This document shows, in pieces, positions 61,278-64,000 of a DNA stretch of 64,000 bases. Every line of letters begins with the position of its first letter. The first letter of the stretch is position 1. The position numbers and the translations under genes are program-made. Source of the stretch: Nitrospirota bacterium (lineage in GTDB: Bacteria; Nitrospirota; JACRHJ01); assembly GCA_963845245.1 (NCBI GenBank), contig CAWJRJ010000015.1, positions 1-64,000 of the forward strand, given 5' to 3'. The notes under the pieces are model-generated. The model saw only the letters and a list, made by a program, of their open reading frames with translations, did not search any database and was not told the DNA's origin.

Positions 61278-62718
61278 GCCCTGCCCTTCAGGTGGAAGAA
61301 GAACTGAAGCCCCTTCCGTACCTTGTCGCTGAAAAGCTTCTGGGAGAGAAGCGACCCGGCCACCTTTCTGTTTATCTCGCCGAGGGTGGGGTAGGGGTGC
61401 ACGGCGGACGCGAGTGTCGAGAGCCTGACGCCACCGTTCATCGCCGCTGACCCATTCGGATATCAGCTCGCCCGCGTGCGGCCCGAATATCTGCACGCCG
61501 ATGGGTTTTTCGTCCTCGCCCAGTATCATCTTTATCCTGCCGGTATGTTCTCCTTCCGCAAGGCTTCGGTCGTTGTCCCTGAACTCCTCAGTCCATACGG
61601 AGTATTTTATTCCTGCCTGCTTAGCGGCCGTCTCGTTCATGCCGATGCTTGCAAGCTCCGGGTCGGTATAGGTGCACCAGGGCAGGAGGGTGTAGTCTGT
61701 CTTGCGCGGCAGATGGAATATAGCGTTGGCGATGACCACGCTGCCCTCGTACCCGGCCGCGTGTGTGAACTGGTATTTCCCGGTAACGTCTCCTGCCGCG
61801 TATATGTGCTTCTGTGTGGTGCGGAGCCTCTCGTCCACCTTGACGCCCCGCCTGTCAAACTCCACGCCGATGCTTTCCAGGCCCAAGCCCGAGACGTTGG
61901 CGGCCCTGCCCGTGGCGACAAGGATAGTGTCGGCCTTAAGCTTGAGTGTACTTCCGTCCGCCGCCTTTACGGCTACCTCCCGCTCGTTGCCCAGGTCTCT
62001 CACGCCAGTGACCGCTGCTCCGAGGTGAAAATTTACGCCCTCAGCCTCTAGGACTCCCATCGCCGCCACCGGCCATGTCCGGGTCTTCCTTGCCGAGTAT
62101 CTGCTTGCCGTACTCCACCACTGTCACGGATGTGCCGAGGCGCGAGAATGCCTGCGCCATCTCTATTGCTATGGGGCCACCGCCGATGCATATCATCGAT
62201 TTCGGCAGGCTGTCTCAGGAAAATATCTCGCGGTTGGTGATATACGGCGTCTTGTCGAGGCCGTCGATGGGCGGGACCATTGCAGAGGACCCGGTGGCGA
62301 TTACCCAGTTCTTCGCGCTTAGAGTCCTGCCGTTTATCCTGATGGAATGTTCGTCCGTAAACTGCGCATCGCCGAACTCCACCTTTACGCCAAGGCCGCA
62401 GAAACGCTCCTCGGAGTCGTGAGGCTGGATCTCCTCTATGACTGACTTAATCCTTGCCGCGACGTCCCGGAAATCCACCGCCTGTGGCGTGACATCCGGC
62501 AGGCCGAACCTGCGTGCGTTCCTCATTAGGTGGTAGACCTGCGCCGTCCTGATGAGGGTCTTGCTCGGGACACAGCCGTAGTGCAGGCAGTCGCCGCCCA
62601 GCCTGGGTTCCTTCTCCACCAGCAGCGTCCTGGCCCCGAGCTGCGCCGCTCCCGCCGCGACAGTCAGCCCCGCCGAGCCCCCGCCCAGTATCCCTATGTC
62701 AAAGTCGAATTTCGGCAT
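61253..62718 (-). CDS. Pyridine nucleotide-disulfide oxidoreductase (MerA/LpdA-like); indels and one in-frame TGA
   Basis: GGGSAG, GGDCLHYGCVPSK redox disulfide, ATGR.AN, IYAAGDV, TYTDPELASIG and HPYPTLGE. Confidence 0.92.
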
Positions 62719-62832
62719 AACCCTCTCGTAAATGGGTAGTTACTTAAATATAGCATACCGGGTCTGCATTGCGGCCGGGAGGTCTTTAAAAGTTGTTGAT
62801 TTCGTGGTATATTTTATATAGAGGTGATGTAA

Positions 62833-63090
62833 ATGAAACACAACATGGGGATACTGGAAAGAGTGCTCCGGCTGGTTTATGGGGCAGGCCTGTTTGTTTT
62901 GGGCTGGGTGTTGTTTAACACCGCCGACCTGTTCAGGGGCGGTGTAAGGGTTGAAACGATAATCGGGCTGATAGTCTCGATAATAGGCATTGCGGCGCTT
63001 GTGACGGGTGTGGTTGCGTACTGCCCTATAAACGCCCTGATACATGCCAACTCATGCAGAAACGAGACGCACTCACATAAGCCCGTTTAA
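62833..63090 (+). CDS. DUF2892 (YgaP-like) membrane protein
   Basis: MKHNMG..ER.LR..G; TG...YCPINAL....SC. Confidence 0.85.
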   Translation: MKHNMGILERVLRLVYGAGLFVLGWVLFNTADLFRGGVRVETIIGLIVSIIGIAALVTGVVAYCPINALIHANSCRNETHSHKPV

Positions 63091-63118
63091 GGTACTGGAA
63101 GGCAGACGATATGTTTTG

Positions 63119-63143
63119 ACGGCCGTTCGTGGCCGTTTTTTTT
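63119..63143 (+). terminator. Candidate terminator between convergent genes
   Basis: ACGGCC-gttcgt-GGCCGT followed by a T-run. Confidence 0.55.
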
Positions 63144-63158
63144 GTTCATGGTAGACGG

Positions 63159-64000
63159 CTACTCAAGCGTGATATCGACGATCTCGGGCGTGTTGCCGGT
63201 GCGCATCGGCGGGCCCCAGGTCCCTACGCCGCTGCTGGTATAGATGGAGTAGTCGCCGAGGTGATGCAGGCCGTAAACGTATTCTTTAAAGATACGCCGG
63301 GAAATATACTCGATCGGAAAAAGCTGGCCCTTGTGCGTATGGCCCGACAACTGCAACCCCACCCCGGCGTCCCTCGCCTCGTTGATAAAAACCGGAGCAT
63401 GAAAGAGCAGCACCGTGGGCTTGCCGGGGACGAAGCCGGGAAGCGTCTTTAATACCTTGCCCGGAATTTTTGGTTCACGTCTGCCCCTTTCGGGATAACC
63501 GATGCCAATGAGTTGAAGCCCGTCGATATCCCTTACCTCGTCGTTCAATATCGTCACCCCGGTCTTTTTCAAAACGGAAAACGCCTTCTCGACTCCCAGG
63601 TAGGTCTCGTGGTTGCCCGTGACGAAATAGACCCCCTCTGGGGCGTGCAGGTCGCTTAACGGCCCGGCCAGCTCGGACAGATCCCCGTCCATGCCGTCGA
63701 ACAGGTCCCCGGTTATCACTACCATGTCGGGGTGCAGGCCGTTGACCTTTGCCACGACCTTTGACAGAAAACACGCCCGGTATACAAAGCCAAGATGTAC
63801 GTCGGTGAGCTGTACGATCGTCCTGCCCTTCCAGTTGTCGGGCAGGCCTTTAATCGAAACCCGGACGTCCGTTACCTGCGGGTTGGATGCGTTCCATGCT
63901 CCGTAGACCGAATATGCAAACGCGATAAAGAAAAACAGGACGCCGGTTATCACGGTATTTAGCCTGCGTCCTGCCAACCGGGCCATGCCCAGTATAAGCC
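63159..64000 (-). CDS. Membrane-anchored metallophosphoesterase (YkuE/YaeI-like), 5' end outside the window
   Basis: DVHLG, TGDLFDG, TGNHE, LSGHTHKGQ and SGVGTWGPPMR. Confidence 0.93.
   Translation of the reverse strand, partial: LILGMARLAGRRLNTVITGVLFFFIAFAYSVYGAWNASNPQVTDVRVSIKGLPDNWKGRTIVQLTDVHLGFVYRACFLSKVVAKVNGLHPDMVVITGDLFDGMDGDLSELAGPLSDLHAPEGVYFVTGNHETYLGVEKAFSVLKKTGVTILNDEVRDIDGLQLIGIGYPERGRREPKIPGKVLKTLPGFVPGKPTVLLFHAPVFINEARDAGVGLQLSGHTHKGQLFPIEYISRRIFKEYVYGLHHLGDYSIYTSSGVGTWGPPMRTGNTPEIVDITLE

Noticed and set aside
62215..62217. In-frame TGA in the flavoprotein as selenocysteine
   Set aside because: It falls in IFS*DSLPKS where Leu is expected, not at a Cys position; the same gene has other indels, and no SECIS was identified.
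61253..62718. Mercuric reductase merA call
   Set aside because: Lacks the C-terminal vicinal Cys-Cys pair and has no mer operon context.

Overview
The first ~2 kb looks chimeric: a GC-rich alkA-like piece, then an AT-rich riboflavin synthase fragment that is cut off against a truncated Nramp gene. From ~2 kb onward the window reads as one bacterial chromosome. The atp b'-b-delta-alpha-gamma-beta-epsilon order and the gene content suggest a Desulfobacterota/Nitrospirota-like anaerobe (inference). Scattered single-base indels, including in essential atp genes, point to sequencing or assembly error. Main content in order: (1) an MgtE-like/Nramp pair and the F1Fo ATP synthase operon. (2) A ~36 kb cytochrome region (10.9-46.9 kb) with four tandem PgcA-like Pro-Thr-linker cytochromes c, three of them behind the same palindrome+sigma70 promoter; an integrase-less islet in tRNA-Ala(GGC) carrying a STAND-BTAD regulator, a kinase and an 1837-aa propeller/Ig/RCC1 protein with 7 CxxCH; and two giant secreted multiheme cytochromes (1875 aa, ~42 CxxCH; 3958 aa, ~44 CxxCH plus Fn3/CBM/discoidin domains). 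Both large-cytochrome units have sigma54-type promoters. (3) A convergent operon of two GspE-N-like membrane proteins carrying 3+2 heptad-expanded DUF202/VTC-like modules, a sensor kinase, a stand-alone receiver and a dikinase-like phospho-His protein, a candidate undescribed channel/signalling system. (4) An ArsS radical SAM / TIGR04282-04283 / DUF3047 / flavoprotein cluster with exported MsrA and MsrB. All motif counts and family calls are by eye; no searches were run.
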